A stretch of DNA of 14,283 bases from a bacterium (GTDB taxonomy: Bacteria > SZUA-182 > DTGQ01), in NCBI GenBank assembly GCA_040752695.1, contig JBFMGO010000135.1:1-14283 (forward strand). Direction: 5' to 3'. The notes beneath the pieces are model-generated. The model worked only from the letters and a program-made list of their open reading frames with translations. It searched no databases and was not told the origin of the DNA. Positions 13,042 through 14,283 of this stretch are shown one piece after another (the first letter of the stretch is position 1; each line of letters begins with the position of its first letter). The position numbers and the translations under genes are program-made.

Positions 13042-14283
13042 ATGAAAGCGCAGCGCATAACGATCATATCAATCCCGGCAATCATAATCATAATAATAAT
13101 CATAACGATTATGGCGGGCCTGTTATTTCGTTTGACAGGCGGGTGCATGGCCCTGCCTCTCTGGCCAGTAACCCAAGATCCTTACGGCGCGCCAGTCACC
13201 GAGGACAGGATCGGTTATGAGGATGGGAGTTACCTTGAGTTTTGGGACGATACGCTTGATCCCAATGCGGTGATCGAATATCGCGTTGGAGATGAGTGGG
13301 TCGGATTCCCGCACAGACTCAACTCAAAAAACCATCCTCCACATACGGTCCATATTCTCTTTGAGACTGGCACCGATGACGTTGCGGATGCACGAAGCCT
13401 GGTCCTGGCAGCCACTACGGATGGGCCGATGGACCAGCTTCTGTGGGTTTTCCTCGATGGCCTTCCGGTACACTGCCGGGGAGGAGAAAAGATACAGCCT
13501 CGCTCATCTGGCCAGGAACCCTTCCAAAAACATACCTTATGGCTTGGCTCCATAAGCAAGGGTGAGCACAGGATCACTTTGAGTAATGGGACGGACCCGA
13601 ACCAAAACACTGCTGCCGGGATCTTCTTTGATTATATCAAACTGGTGCCGGGAGACAAGATCGGCATCTCACTGCTGGCTGCTGAAGATACCGGGAGTGC
13701 GGCGGTTTTGGAAAAAACCACTCTGGGACCGGATGATCCTGCGATTTCCGGCATCCTGCTGCCCAGGGCACATTTTTGCGTCGGCTTCTGGAACCTCCGG
13801 ATCACCGGTCTTAAGCAGGGGGGCAGGGCAAATGTCGAGATCCGCTGTCCAAAAGGGGCATTATTTAAGCTCACGGAGTACTATACCTATGACGGCCCTG
13901 AGTATGGGTGGAAGGTCATGAGCATCGAAAAAGACACTGCGAGTTCTGCGGTTTCGGTTGAACTCACTGACGGAGGCTCAGGAGATAGTGATCCGAACCA
14001 GGGTACTATTTCCCATATTGGAGGGATTGCCGCTCCCTTCTCTCTGGCCTCTGATACCGTCAGCACGGTGATACTGGAAAAATTCACTGCTTTAAAGCTC
14101 GACGATCCGGCCATTTCCGGCTCCATGCCGCCAAGGTCACATTTTTATGCCGGATTCTGGAACCTCCAGATTACGGGTCTTGAACAGGGCGGCAGGGCGA
14201 ATGTCGAGATTCGCTGTCCAGAGGAGTCATATTACACCCTTCAGGAGTACTATGTCTATGAAGGCCCGGAATATGGATGGAGG
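13042..14283 (+). CDS. Secreted protein truncated by the window end (>=414 aa): signal peptide + polysaccharide lyase family 4 domain III/CBM-like domain + tandem choice-of-anchor-U-like domains
   Basis: ATG at 13042 after AAAAGG, with no stop to the window end. Translation starts MKAQRITIISIPAIIIIIIIITIMAGLLFRLTGGCMALPLW. CBM-like motifs RIGYEDGSYLEF...EYRVG...FP...GEHRITLSN...GIFFDYIKL (~13207-13645). Then GFWNLRITGLKQGGRANVEIRCP...YYTY...GW...VSVELTDGGSGDSDPNQGTISHIGG, repeated with a 369-bp offset (DDPAISG at 13732 and 14101). Confidence 0.85.
   Translation, partial: MKAQRITIISIPAIIIIIIIITIMAGLLFRLTGGCMALPLWPVTQDPYGAPVTEDRIGYEDGSYLEFWDDTLDPNAVIEYRVGDEWVGFPHRLNSKNHPPHTVHILFETGTDDVADARSLVLAATTDGPMDQLLWVFLDGLPVHCRGGEKIQPRSSGQEPFQKHTLWLGSISKGEHRITLSNGTDPNQNTAAGIFFDYIKLVPGDKIGISLLAAEDTGSAAVLEKTTLGPDDPAISGILLPRAHFCVGFWNLRITGLKQGGRANVEIRCPKGALFKLTEYYTYDGPEYGWKVMSIEKDTASSAVSVELTDGGSGDSDPNQGTISHIGGIAAPFSLASDTVSTVILEKFTALKLDDPAISGSMPPRSHFYAGFWNLQITGLEQGGRANVEIRCPEESYYTLQEYYVYEGPEYGWR

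Noticed and set aside
13732..14283. Diversity-generating retroelement TR/VR pair suggested by the 369-bp-offset duplication
   Set aside because: Both copies are in the same reading frame of one gene, and the differences include many synonymous non-adenine changes (gat/gac, cct/ccg, gcg/gcc). No reverse transcriptase is present in the window.

Overview
Bacterial genomic window with all real genes on the + strand. It opens with the AT-rich 3' end of a gene whose C-terminus resembles Rpn/YhgA-like proteins (2..166). Four co-oriented genes for exported or cell-surface proteins follow. (1) A lipoprotein with TPRs, Ig-like domains, a CsgG/TolB_N-like domain and a FlgT_C-like domain (436..3201). (2) A TPR-less paralog of it (3503..5245). 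(3) A 2489-aa secreted protein with 14 LVIVD beta-propeller blades, three caspase-fold (peptidase C13-like) domains of which only the middle one keeps the His-Cys dyad, Ig-like spacers and a duplicated C-terminal module (5343..12812). (4) A gene absent from the ORF track because it runs off the window (13042..>14283), with a PL4 domain III/CBM-like domain followed by tandem choice-of-anchor-U-like domains. The most unusual property is a very high density of unrelated, degenerate short tandem-repeat arrays. Inside genes their unit lengths are multiples of 3 and they sit in loops, linkers and signal peptides. Between genes the period is mostly 7 bp. All domain calls are by-eye motif recognition, not database searches.
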